A stretch of 64,000 bases of DNA, taken from Bacteroidales bacterium. Lineage in GTDB: Bacteria > Bacteroidota > Bacteroidia > Bacteroidales > NBLH01. Below the pieces are notes generated by a model that saw nothing but the letters and a program-made list of their open reading frames with translations, was not told the DNA's origin and ran no database searches. Both the position numbers and the translations under genes were made by a program. Numbering within the stretch: position 1 is the first letter of the stretch; each line of letters starts with the position of its first letter. Where the stretch lies: NCBI GenBank assembly GCA_046329965.1, contig JAXLTR010000016.1, positions 127,598 through 191,597 of the forward strand, in the 5' to 3' direction. Below are positions 22,610 to 34,192 of the stretch, one piece after another.

Positions 22610-24046
22610 ATGGTATTAGTTATAACTTTGATCTACAATTATATGCACAAATTTCTTTTTCACCAACCCTTTAAAATTACCCGTTGGGTTCTTGTATTTC
22701 TCTTCTTCCTTCTTCCATTTTCAATGCTGGCTTCAGGAGGGGAAAACCATTCAATTTCCGGTGTACGGATTGAATTTATTCTCTTTGGACTCACTTTGAT
22801 TAGTGTGGCACTTTTTCATAAACATACATTTTGGGTGGCCATAATTGGACTAACAACTATCGTTTTTTATAAATTAATATTCATTTCAGGTTATCCGTTT
22901 TATGAACATTTTTTCGGCACAATTTCTTTAAAAGAACAGTTGATTCATAAAGAATTACGACAGGGAGAATGGGGTATCTTATTGAATTTGTTTGGTTTGC
23001 TCCTTGGATTTGCAATTCTGGCCAAAATATTTGAAGATTCAGGAATTCCTGATATTCTTCCAAATTTTCTGCCTGATAATTGGAAAGGTCCCCTGGTACT
23101 GTTGTTTTTTGTATTTATTCTTTCTTCGTTCCTAGACAATATTGCAGCTGCCATTATAGGTGGAACAGTTGCCATGGTTGTATTTGAAAATAAAGTACAT
23201 ATCGGATATATCGCTGCTATTGTTGCCGCCTCAAATGCCGGTGGATCGGGCTCTGTAGTTGGTGATACAACCACAACAATGATGTGGATTGACGGGGTTT
23301 CAGCACTAAATGTATTGCATGGTTTTATTGCTGCCGGCGCTGCTTTGCTCGTTTTTGCATGGATTGCCGCACACCAGCAGGACAAATATCAAAGAATTAA
23401 AGCAGATGCTAAGCCAGGCGCTAAAATAGACTGGATAAACCTTATGATTGTTCTCCTCATGCTTGTTGGTGCAATTATTTCAAATGTTATTTATGATATG
23501 CCGGCACTTGGCGTTTGGGTTTCACTCCTAATTGGTTCTTTTTTCAGAAAAATTCCCTGGAAGGAAATTAATACTTCATTAAAGGGTTCTATTTTCCTAT
23601 TGTGTCTGGTTACAGCTGCCTCGTTTATGCCGGTTGAAACCTTGCCCGATGCATCCTGGATAACAGCTTTTATTTTGGGATTTGTTTCTGCTGTTTTCGA
23701 CAATATCCCTCTGACCAAACTTTGCCTGGAACAAGGACATTTTGACTGGGGAATCTTAGCTTACAGCGTTGGATTTGGCGGTTCAATGATTTGGTTCGGA
23801 TCTTCTGCTGGTGTTGCTATTAGTAACAAATATCCTGAATCGAGAAATGTTGTACTTTGGTTAAAAAAGGGATGGCACGTTAGCATAGCTTATGTTATCG
23901 GATTTTTTGTTTTGCTTTCTATAATGGGCTGGGAGCCTGCAAGCAATAACAAACATAAAGAGCCTGCCAGCGAATGTCCGGTTAAAAACTGTCCGGTTAA
24001 ATTGAAAGGTTCCGGCAACGTGGAAAATACATTGGAAATACAATAA
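22610..24046 (+). CDS. Ion transporter superfamily permease (CitMHS/NhaD-like)
   Basis: Many TM helices; LSSFLDNIAAA, SNAGGSGSVVGDTTT, SAVFDNIP, GGSMIWFGSSAGV; true start may be the Met at 22643. Confidence 0.8.
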   Translation: MVLVITLIYNYMHKFLFHQPFKITRWVLVFLFFLLPFSMLASGGENHSISGVRIEFILFGLTLISVALFHKHTFWVAIIGLTTIVFYKLIFISGYPFYEHFFGTISLKEQLIHKELRQGEWGILLNLFGLLLGFAILAKIFEDSGIPDILPNFLPDNWKGPLVLLFFVFILSSFLDNIAAAIIGGTVAMVVFENKVHIGYIAAIVAASNAGGSGSVVGDTTTTMMWIDGVSALNVLHGFIAAGAALLVFAWIAAHQQDKYQRIKADAKPGAKIDWINLMIVLLMLVGAIISNVIYDMPALGVWVSLLIGSFFRKIPWKEINTSLKGSIFLLCLVTAASFMPVETLPDASWITAFILGFVSAVFDNIPLTKLCLEQGHFDWGILAYSVGFGGSMIWFGSSAGVAISNKYPESRNVVLWLKKGWHVSIAYVIGFFVLLSIMGWEPASNNKHKEPASECPVKNCPVKLKGSGNVENTLEIQ

Positions 24047-24080
24047 TAAAAAAGGGAAAGCCTCGTCACTTTCCCTTCAT
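24047..24080. terminator. Terminator hairpin between convergent transporter and gyrB
   Basis: aagggaaag-cctcgtca-ctttccctt with A-run on the left. Confidence 0.7.
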
Positions 24081-24101
24081 TTTTATTAAACCAACCTATT
24101 T

Positions 24102-26087
<1,986 letters not shown>

Positions 26088-26377
26088 TTAAAATTCCTCT
26101 TTTTTTCCCTGGCAAACTATAATTTGTTAAGGAACACAAAAATAGTCTATTTTAACCCATCTTAAAAGCGAAACCATGTTATTTTATTAACTAAAAATGT
26201 GGATAAATAAACTATTTTTTTTAACCTCCATTTGGTTTTTATATGGCTGAATATTAGACGGTTAAAATTTCAGAAATGAATTGTTATTTTAAAGTTTGAT
26301 AATCCTTTCTATTTCCTGGATCCTTGTTCACTTTAAACAATAATTTTGTATCTTGTCACCCATTAAATCTGTAACCT

Positions 26378-26806
26378 ATGTCAAAGCTTTATACCGAGAT
26401 TGATAAATCCATTTTAAAAGCAGTTCCAAATCCAAGTAAAGAGGCATACGAAATTAAAATCAAGATTCCTGAATTTACTTTTTTGGGTGTGCAGGAACAA
26501 CCTGATTTTGCTGTTGTTTACCTGACATTTTATCCAAAAGATAAGATCATGGAAGTGAAATCGCTTAAACAATATGTTTATCATCTTCGCGACATAGTTG
26601 TTTCGTACGAAAGGCTTATAAATATTTTTTATGATCACCTTAAAGAAGTATATGATCCTGACCGGCTTAGAATTGTAATGGTATGCAACCCTCGTGGCGG
26701 TATAAGCTCAAAACTGACGATAGATTCTGATTGGAAAATAAGGGGTGGAGACGAAAAGTTTAACGACTGGACAAAAAATGAAGACATCTGGAATGTGACG
26801 ATGTAA
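26378..26806 (+). CDS. QueF-like T-fold protein lacking the catalytic cysteine
   Basis: PEFTFLGVQEQPDFA, EVKSLKQY, SYE and NPRGGIS align to unimodular QueF, but Gly37 occupies the catalytic Cys position. Confidence 0.8.
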   Translation: MSKLYTEIDKSILKAVPNPSKEAYEIKIKIPEFTFLGVQEQPDFAVVYLTFYPKDKIMEVKSLKQYVYHLRDIVVSYERLINIFYDHLKEVYDPDRLRIVMVCNPRGGISSKLTIDSDWKIRGGDEKFNDWTKNEDIWNVTM

Positions 26807-26827
26807 ATAGAACAAAATCTTTTTACG

Positions 26828-26860
26828 ACCGGATACCAATAAAAGTATCCGGTTTTTTTG
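26828..26860 (+). terminator. Intrinsic terminator after QueF-like gene
   Basis: accggatac-caataaaa-gtatccggt plus T-tract; gene is monocistronic. Confidence 0.85.
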
Positions 26861-26931
26861 TTTTAGTAAAATAAAAATGTAAAATGCACTGAACTTAAAT
26901 GAAACTAAGCTGTTATTAATAAAAAAAAGTT

Positions 26932-27849
26932 ATGAAAATTCTTATTACCGGTGGAAATGGCCTGATTGGGTCCGGATTGGCTGTTTTGCTTAAAAATGAA
27001 GGCCATGAGGTAGTTTTAATGGGCAGAAAAAGAACTTACAGGGCAAATTCTGAATTCAAAACTTTATTTTGGGATATTGAAAACCAAGAGTTGGATATTG
27101 ATGCCATAAAAAATACAAATGCAGTTATTCACCTGGCAGGCGAAAATATTTCAGACAAGCGATGGACGAAAAAACAAAAAAAAATCATAGAAGAAAGCAG
27201 GGTTAAATCAGCAGAATTCTTGTTTAGCCAGTTTAAAAAATATGGAAAAATGCCGGAAGTTTATGTAAGTTCTTCCGCTATTGGATATTACGGCAGCTTT
27301 ACTTCTTCTGTAATACTTTCAGAAGATAATCCAGCTGGTAAGGATTTTTTGGCAGGAGTTTGTGAAAAATGGGAAAAATCAACCCAATTATTTCAAAATG
27401 AGGGAGTAAGAACAGTAATTATTAGAACGGGGGTGGTTTTAAGCCCAAATGGAGGCGCCTTTATTAAACTTTACAACCTTGTAAAAAATGGTCTCGGTTC
27501 CAGCCTGGGAAACGGAAAACAATATATTCCCTGGATTCATATCGACGATATTGTTTCCATTTTTTACAGGGCCCTAACCCAACAAAACATGTCGGGTGTT
27601 TTTAATGGTGTAGCCCCATTTAACCTTACCAATTCTGAGTTGATAAGAATTATAGCTAAAAAAACCGGGCGCAGAATTATTTTACCTGCTGTGCCTGAAT
27701 TGCTTGTGCGTTTAATTTTTGGAGAAAGATCAATTATCCTTCTTAAAGGGACAAGAATATCTCCAGATAAAATAATAAGCTCAGGTTTTAAATTTAAATT
27801 TCCCGAGCCTGAAAAAGCCATTGAAAACTTAATTGAAAAACTCAAATGA
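26932..27849 (+). CDS. TIGR01777 family NAD(P)-dependent oxidoreductase/epimerase (YfcH/SDR39U1-like)
   Basis: ILITGGNGLIG, VIHLAGENI, SSSAIGYYG, GKQYIPWIHIDD. Confidence 0.92.
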   Translation: MKILITGGNGLIGSGLAVLLKNEGHEVVLMGRKRTYRANSEFKTLFWDIENQELDIDAIKNTNAVIHLAGENISDKRWTKKQKKIIEESRVKSAEFLFSQFKKYGKMPEVYVSSSAIGYYGSFTSSVILSEDNPAGKDFLAGVCEKWEKSTQLFQNEGVRTVIIRTGVVLSPNGGAFIKLYNLVKNGLGSSLGNGKQYIPWIHIDDIVSIFYRALTQQNMSGVFNGVAPFNLTNSELIRIIAKKTGRRIILPAVPELLVRLIFGERSIILLKGTRISPDKIISSGFKFKFPEPEKAIENLIEKLK

Positions 27850-28286
27850 GAATCTGGTCCTTACACCCCCGCTATTTAGATACCAAAGGTTTATTGGCGC
27901 TTTGGCGAGAATCACTACTGGCTAAAAATGTATTGCTGAACAATACAAAAGGTTATAAAAATCATCCACAGTTAATCCGGTTTAAAGAGTCGGAAAATCC
28001 TTTGCAGTCCATCGACTATTACCTTTCGGTAGTACATGCCGAAGCCGAAAAAAGAAACTATAAATTTTCGAAAGAAAAGTTTGCCAGCGTAAAATTTGCG
28101 CAAAAAATCCCTGTAACCTCCTCGCAGGTTGATTTTGAATGCGCTCATCTGCTTAATAAGCTTACTGTAAGGGATAAATTGAAATACGAGGAATTGCTTA
28201 AAGAGAAGGAAATTTTGCTGCACCCGCTTTTTTATTCAGTCAAGGGGGATATAGAACCATGGGAAAAGATTAAAAGTAATTTATGA
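27846..28286 (+). CDS. Pyrimidine dimer DNA glycosylase/endonuclease V family protein
   Basis: MRIWSLHPRYLDTKGLLALWRE, GYKNHPQL, EAEKRNYKF; ATGA overlap with upstream gene. Confidence 0.8.
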   Translation: MRIWSLHPRYLDTKGLLALWRESLLAKNVLLNNTKGYKNHPQLIRFKESENPLQSIDYYLSVVHAEAEKRNYKFSKEKFASVKFAQKIPVTSSQVDFECAHLLNKLTVRDKLKYEELLKEKEILLHPLFYSVKGDIEPWEKIKSNL

Positions 28287-28382
28287 GAATTACAGGAATT
28301 CAAAAATAATTTCTACATTTATCATATCAGAAAAAGAGGGAAAACAGCTTATACAATTTTATTAATTCTAAAATATCAAGAT

Positions 28383-29456
28383 ATGAAAACTTTGAATCTT
28401 CTAATATTCCTGCTATTTTCAGCACTTTTGTCGGCACAAAATAAGGGAAATTGCGTTACTCCCATTTCGAATTACGCATTTCAACCAAAGCTAAACAGCA
28501 TAACATCTCAAAAATCTGATGATCAAAAACTTACGTTGGCTGTAAAATTGGCAAAAGAAAATTGCCTGTCTACCAGCCAGGTTAAAGATGTGGCGGCTCT
28601 TTTCGAAAATGATTATAACAGGCTTGCTTTTGTTCAGGAAGCATACATCAACACCACCGATAAGGACAATTTTTATGAAGTTTACAATACATTTTTGTAT
28701 TTCTCAACTGTGTTCCGACTTCATGATTTTGTTATAGAACAAAGAGGTACTAAAACCGAAATTGTAACAGAACCGGTAAAAACAGAAATGACATTTCCTG
28801 ATCTCCAATATCCCGATTTCAGAAAATATTATGGCAAAACGGGTTGCAAAGATATTGTGAACGAAACGGAATTTATGGATATCGCTTACAAGGTTTTTAA
28901 TTCAAAATCAGAAGATTCGAAACTTTATCTGGCTAAAAGTACGTTTCAAAGCAGGTGCTTTTTAACCGCACAAGCCATGAAAATGGCTACTCTGCTTAAC
29001 AGTGAAGCAAACAGGTTCGAATTTCTTAAAATTGCCTATTACAGGGTCTATGATCCTGATAATTTTAAATATGCAAACCAATTGTTTAAAACCGAAAGTT
29101 ATAAAAAAGAACTTGCTACATTTATGGGTACAGCTAATAATGTTACTACCAATGATCCACCTTGCGAAGTTAATGCTTCTGAATTCCAGGCGGTTAAGGC
29201 ACAAATAAATAAAGAAAGTTTTAACAATACTAAAATAAATCTTGCCAAACAGATTTTAAAAACCAAAAAGTGTTTTAAAACAACACAAATAATTGAAATT
29301 CTGGGTTTATTTGCCTACAGCGATTCAAAAATGGATATTGCAAAATTTGCCTACGATTATACTACTGACAAGGAAAATTACTACAAAGTAGCAGATGCAT
29401 TTTCATTTTCAAATGACAAGGATGCTTTACTTAATTTTTTGAAAACAAAACAATAA
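28383..29456 (+). CDS. Exported protein with three DUF4476-like repeats
   Basis: Signal peptide; three repeats of type KL.LAK...CLST.QV..V..LF..D..RL.F...AY....DKDNFY.V...F. Confidence 0.75.
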   Translation: MKTLNLLIFLLFSALLSAQNKGNCVTPISNYAFQPKLNSITSQKSDDQKLTLAVKLAKENCLSTSQVKDVAALFENDYNRLAFVQEAYINTTDKDNFYEVYNTFLYFSTVFRLHDFVIEQRGTKTEIVTEPVKTEMTFPDLQYPDFRKYYGKTGCKDIVNETEFMDIAYKVFNSKSEDSKLYLAKSTFQSRCFLTAQAMKMATLLNSEANRFEFLKIAYYRVYDPDNFKYANQLFKTESYKKELATFMGTANNVTTNDPPCEVNASEFQAVKAQINKESFNNTKINLAKQILKTKKCFKTTQIIEILGLFAYSDSKMDIAKFAYDYTTDKENYYKVADAFSFSNDKDALLNFLKTKQ

Positions 29457-29469
29457 TTAGATTAATATT

Positions 29470-29498
29470 GTCCGGTGCCATAGAACACCGGACTTTTT
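29470..29498 (+). terminator. Intrinsic terminator
   Basis: gtccggtg-ccatagaa-caccggac-ttttt. Confidence 0.8.
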
Positions 29499-29519
29499 AC
29501 AAAATTTTAAAAAAAGAAG

Positions 29520-30398
29520 ATGAATATTCATCTGGTAGATATTTTAATAAATTCTGTACTTGCTTTTATTATGTTAGGGGTTGGTTTATCACTAACAGTT
29601 GAAGATTTTAAAAAAATTCTGATTTATCCAAAAGCATTAATTACCGGATTAACCGTACAGATATTTCTTGTTCCCGGTATTGCATTTTTAATCGCATTCC
29701 TTTCGCCTATCAGTGCGGAGCAAAAAGTTGGTATTGTATTGGTTTCTACCTGTGCCAGCGGGGCTTCTTCTAATCTTATTACCCATCTGGTCAGGGGAAA
29801 TGTGGCCCTTGCCATCTCCATGACAACCGTGAATAGTTTTTTAACACTTGTTACCCTGCCTTTCACTGTAAATATTGCGCTTTATATATTTTTACATTCC
29901 AACCAGGAAATTAACCTACCTTATCTGAATACCATTCTTCAGATTTTTATGGTTACTTTATTGCCTGCATTTATCGGAGTAATGCTCAGGAAAATAAGTA
30001 TTGGATTTGCCACTAAAATGGAAAAACCTTTGAAAATTATCCTGCCCACTATTTTATTCAGTGTTTTTGCAATTAAATTCCTTGCCGCTGAAAACCATGG
30101 AGGATCAGGAATAACAAGGCATGAAATGTTTGAGCTCTTTCCACCCATGTTGATTTTAAATTTTCTTGCCATGTTTGCCGGGTACATAATTGCAAAATTT
30201 ATGAAGCTCAACTTCCAGAAACAGTTCACAATAGCCATAGAAGTTGGTTTACACAATACAGCCCTTGCACTTGTAGTTGCTGGTACAATTATCAGGAGTC
30301 CGGAAATGGAAAAACCCGCCCTTGTCTATGCCTTGTTTACGATATTTTCGGCCATTTTATTTGTATATTTTCTAAAAGGGAAAAATATTTTAAAATAA
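29520..30398 (+). CDS. Bile acid:sodium symporter family transporter
   Basis: MLGVGLSLT, CASGASSNLITHLVRGNVALAISMT, IAIEVGLHNTALA. Confidence 0.92.
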   Translation: MNIHLVDILINSVLAFIMLGVGLSLTVEDFKKILIYPKALITGLTVQIFLVPGIAFLIAFLSPISAEQKVGIVLVSTCASGASSNLITHLVRGNVALAISMTTVNSFLTLVTLPFTVNIALYIFLHSNQEINLPYLNTILQIFMVTLLPAFIGVMLRKISIGFATKMEKPLKIILPTILFSVFAIKFLAAENHGGSGITRHEMFELFPPMLILNFLAMFAGYIIAKFMKLNFQKQFTIAIEVGLHNTALALVVAGTIIRSPEMEKPALVYALFTIFSAILFVYFLKGKNILK

Positions 30399-30414
30399 TA
30401 CCTGCCAAAGCATT

Positions 30415-33400
30415 TTATTCATCCTTTTTCTTTTGATTAGATTGGTCTGGCTTAAAGGAAGAATAAATTGCATCGTGTATTCTTTCCCTGATTTTAAAGG
30501 TATTTAACTTCCAGTTTTTTGAATTTGGATGATTCCGGTTCGAAAGAAAAACATAAACCAGCTTATTCTCCGGATCAACCCAAACGCAGGTTCCGGTATA
30601 GCCTGTGTGGCCATAGGTTGATTCAGGGGCTTTGGTTCCGACCGCGGCTTTCAGGTTTGGCATGTCAAAACCTAAACCTCTTTGGGTATCATCAAACCGC
30701 TTAGTGAATTTTTCAACCACATAGGGTTTTAAATACTCAATTCCTCCATAACTGCCTTTGTTCAACACCATTTGAAATAAAACACCTAAATCGTACGCGT
30801 TTGAATACAAGCCTGCGTTTCCTGCCATCCCACCCATTAAGGCTGCCGAGGGATCATGCACATAGCCATGTAAATAGCCGAAACGCCAGCTGTTGTCCAT
30901 TTCTGTCGGAACAATTCTATTTTTAGGGTAAATATTCAATGGATGGTATGTGATCGTTTTTAATCCGAGTGGCTTGAAAATATTCTTTTTCAAATATTCA
31001 TCCAATGACAACCGGTTTAATGAATCTATAGCCAATTGAAGCAAAATCATATTCACATCGCTATATTGAAATACTTTTTTCGAAAATACCGGTAATTGAC
31101 GTGTATCGCTCAAAATTGTATCGAAATATTTGTTTCGCAGGTATAAACTCTCAGTAAGCCTTATTTTGTCAGCTGAATCTTTAATCTGACCCGTGGAAAA
31201 ATATTCCTGGTATTGTTTTTTAAATCCGTTTTTTATTAATCTTTTTATACTGTCACTGAGGTTTGTCCCTTCAGGAAAATCGGGAGACAATTCAAAAGGA
31301 TTAATCCCTGAAAGGATGAGTTTATTATTTTCGTTACGCTTATAATTATTTTTTAATTGTTTAATAAAATACTCTTTGTAATACATATACCTGAAAATGG
31401 GCATTGCAGGTATAATTCCCGATTTATGCCTGAGTAAATCATACAACGAAACCTTGAATATATTTAACCGCGGGCTTAATTTGGTAATCACGGTGTCGAT
31501 TGTAACAAAGCAGGAATCATTCAGGTTTAAAGTGTCATTTTGTTCAAGAAAAGTTTTCCAGTTTTTTACTCCGGATACCATAAAAGTGTCTATTTTCACC
31601 AGGGTGTCAGGCTTAATCCGGGTATAATCAATAGTTGTGTTCCTGAAAAATTTACCCAGATGATCGTTCAGTGACATTTTTCTTTCTGATATCATTTTCA
31701 TAACAGCAACGGTAGTCGCCGCTATTTTGGTTACCGATGCAATATCGTATACATCATCTGGTTTTACTGGCGTTTCGCGCGAATAAGTATGGTAACCAAA
31801 TGATTTATTGTAAATTACTTGTCCATTTTTAGCAACAAAAACCTGGCACCCTGGAAATGCGCCGATGCTTATTCCTTCATTTACTATCTGATCTATTTTC
31901 TTTAGTTTATCCCCATCTACACCAACAACTTCCGGCGATCCGTAACTCAGCCGCGTCTTAATACTTTTTTCATATTTATCATACCTGTAATGGTTGCTTA
32001 CTGACCTGGCTAAATTTCCCTGCATGGAAACACCACCGAAAATGCATTGGGCAGCAATTCTGTAATCGCACATGGATTTATCCTGTACCTGAATGCACGG
32101 AATTGTGTCAGGGATGGCTAAAAGGTTATTGTAGGAAGAAAAATTGAGACAAATTGCATTATCTGCCATAAGGTAGCTTTTAATATTTTCAAATTGTTCT
32201 GATAGCCCTTGTGCATTAATTTCTTCATCCAGGACAATAATATTAAAACTCCCTTTAGCCTTTGACTTTATTTTTTTTTGCCAGGCATTGTCTGATTTTT
32301 TTACCAGAATCGTGGAAACTGGTGCATACAAATTGCAATAGTCCACAAATTCTCTGCTCACAGAATTTCCGAACCAAAATATATTAAAAGTCGTATTGTC
32401 AATTTTTTTAATTGGGATAAGAGAATCAGGGTTATTGAGCAAGCAAACTGATTTTTCTACCATCAATTGTTTCCAGGCTTCAACGGGCAAAACTTTTTCC
32501 ACTTCAACTGATGGCTTGTTTTTGGTTAACCAGAGTTTTGCTTTCACTGCTTTACTTAATTTTTCATCAATTACCTTTTCGTCAAGCAATCCTTTTTTAA
32601 TTATTTCCAGAATTTTTGCTTTTAGATTTTCTTTTTCGCTGGCCTTCACCAAATATAAATTAGCATTGTCGCTTAAAAGCATAATAAGACTTTTATTCTC
32701 CGAAAATCTTGAAAAAGAGGGCTTTTCAATCAATAATCCACTACAGTTAATAAAACCGGTATTGCCAATTCCGGCTGAATCAATCAGGATATAATCCAAA
32801 TCCTTTTTAAAATAATTAATCAGTTTATCAAGGCTTGAAAAAGATTTTGAATGAAGTAAATCCTTCTTTTTCAAATCATTGGCTGTTAACTGAATTCCAA
32901 AAACCGTTTTTTTACTTCTGAATACACGGGTAAACAACTGAAATCTTTCTGTAACATATTTTATATAAAGTGAATCATCCAAACTGCCTGGACAAAATCT
33001 TCGGAAATCAAGAAAAAGAAAATTATTTCCGGGTTTCAGGCTGTGTGGTCCGTTTCTTAAATAATCTTCAATAAACAAGGTGTCCGAAACTGATCTAAGA
33101 TATTGATGGTCAGTAATTTCAACTAAACCGGTGTGGATAAAATAATTGCCTGGTTTGGGCACCAATTCCATTATGAAATTAAGGAATTTGGAATCGTACT
33201 TTTTACTTGCCGGAATAGTTAATGTGGTTAAATCATTGTTCAAACCAAATGCAGTATCTGGAATTAGCAACATGGCAATTTTTTGTTCAGTAGTTAAATG
33301 TTTAACCAATGAATCAGCATACTGGTCTGAAATTGAAAGAAACTGTATACCAGCCTTTTCCTTTGACACAGATTTTGCCATTTTCAGGTAAACTATCCAG

Positions 33401-33498
33401 CCGGTAAGCGAAATTACTAGTGTTGCAATAGCAAGTATGAAAAGAAGTTTTTTATTTTTCATCATCAGATTAAAGCCAGTCAAAAATATCTTTTTCAT
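30415..33498 (-). CDS. Membrane-anchored serine hydrolase (class C beta-lactamase fold) with divergent GH3-like N-terminal region
   Basis: C-terminal DIASVTK (SxxK), YSDVN, GHTGYTGT; N-terminal TM; YADSLVKHLTTEQKIAML resembles the start of GH3. Confidence 0.75.
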   Translation of the reverse strand: MKKIFLTGFNLMMKNKKLLFILAIATLVISLTGWIVYLKMAKSVSKEKAGIQFLSISDQYADSLVKHLTTEQKIAMLLIPDTAFGLNNDLTTLTIPASKKYDSKFLNFIMELVPKPGNYFIHTGLVEITDHQYLRSVSDTLFIEDYLRNGPHSLKPGNNFLFLDFRRFCPGSLDDSLYIKYVTERFQLFTRVFRSKKTVFGIQLTANDLKKKDLLHSKSFSSLDKLINYFKKDLDYILIDSAGIGNTGFINCSGLLIEKPSFSRFSENKSLIMLLSDNANLYLVKASEKENLKAKILEIIKKGLLDEKVIDEKLSKAVKAKLWLTKNKPSVEVEKVLPVEAWKQLMVEKSVCLLNNPDSLIPIKKIDNTTFNIFWFGNSVSREFVDYCNLYAPVSTILVKKSDNAWQKKIKSKAKGSFNIIVLDEEINAQGLSEQFENIKSYLMADNAICLNFSSYNNLLAIPDTIPCIQVQDKSMCDYRIAAQCIFGGVSMQGNLARSVSNHYRYDKYEKSIKTRLSYGSPEVVGVDGDKLKKIDQIVNEGISIGAFPGCQVFVAKNGQVIYNKSFGYHTYSRETPVKPDDVYDIASVTKIAATTVAVMKMISERKMSLNDHLGKFFRNTTIDYTRIKPDTLVKIDTFMVSGVKNWKTFLEQNDTLNLNDSCFVTIDTVITKLSPRLNIFKVSLYDLLRHKSGIIPAMPIFRYMYYKEYFIKQLKNNYKRNENNKLILSGINPFELSPDFPEGTNLSDSIKRLIKNGFKKQYQEYFSTGQIKDSADKIRLTESLYLRNKYFDTILSDTRQLPVFSKKVFQYSDVNMILLQLAIDSLNRLSLDEYLKKNIFKPLGLKTITYHPLNIYPKNRIVPTEMDNSWRFGYLHGYVHDPSAALMGGMAGNAGLYSNAYDLGVLFQMVLNKGSYGGIEYLKPYVVEKFTKRFDDTQRGLGFDMPNLKAAVGTKAPESTYGHTGYTGTCVWVDPENKLVYVFLSNRNHPNSKNWKLNTFKIRERIHDAIYSSFKPDQSNQKKKDE

Positions 33499-33638
33499 CT
33501 TATTGTTAAATCAGATAATGATGAATTTCATTTAGTGTTTGACGAAAATCAGGTGAAGAATTATTCCAGAGAAATTAATTCTTTTGACAAAAATTCCAAT
33601 TTATTATATTTGTATAAGAAAAGTTTAATACTAAAAAT

Positions 33639-34136
33639 ATGAAACACCTCAAATTATTGGAAATTTTAGTTTGCACAGCCTTACTAACAGCCTGCGGACC
33701 CACAGTTGAAGAAGCAATAAAATACAACGACGAAATTATTACCAAGTCGGAAGATCTTAAAAATAAAATGATTACATTAAAAGATTCACACGACAATTTT
33801 AACGGCGATCAAACCGAAAAAGCTTATTCCGATGCAATGGCTGCCGTAAAAGATGGTCTGGATTTGCTTAATAAAATGGAACCATTTGATAAAGATTCCA
33901 CATTGAGAAATGCAGCTATTGGTTATTTTAAAATCTGCGAAGCGGTTCTTTCCAATGAACACCGCCGATTAATTGATTTAATGAAATTGCCTGACGAAAA
34001 ATATGGCGATGCAGAAGTAGCAGAATACGCAAGCTTAAGGGATGAATCGGATAAAAAGGTGAATCTGGAAATGGCCAAACTACTTAAAGTGCAACAGGAA
34101 TTTGCCAAAAAACATAATTTCAAACTTGAAGAATAG
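33639..34136 (+). CDS. Hypothetical helical lipoprotein
   Basis: 165 aa; lipobox LLTAC at end of signal peptide. Confidence 0.75.
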   Translation: MKHLKLLEILVCTALLTACGPTVEEAIKYNDEIITKSEDLKNKMITLKDSHDNFNGDQTEKAYSDAMAAVKDGLDLLNKMEPFDKDSTLRNAAIGYFKICEAVLSNEHRRLIDLMKLPDEKYGDAEVAEYASLRDESDKKVNLEMAKLLKVQQEFAKKHNFKLEE

Positions 34137-34174
34137 AAAAAAAATGTTGTCTCGTAATTAAGACAACATTTTTT
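34137..34174. terminator. Bidirectional terminator between convergent genes
   Basis: aaaatgttgtct-cgtaatta-agacaacatttt with A/T tails. Confidence 0.85.
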
Positions 34175-34192
34175 ATTTCAGTGTTTCAATAA

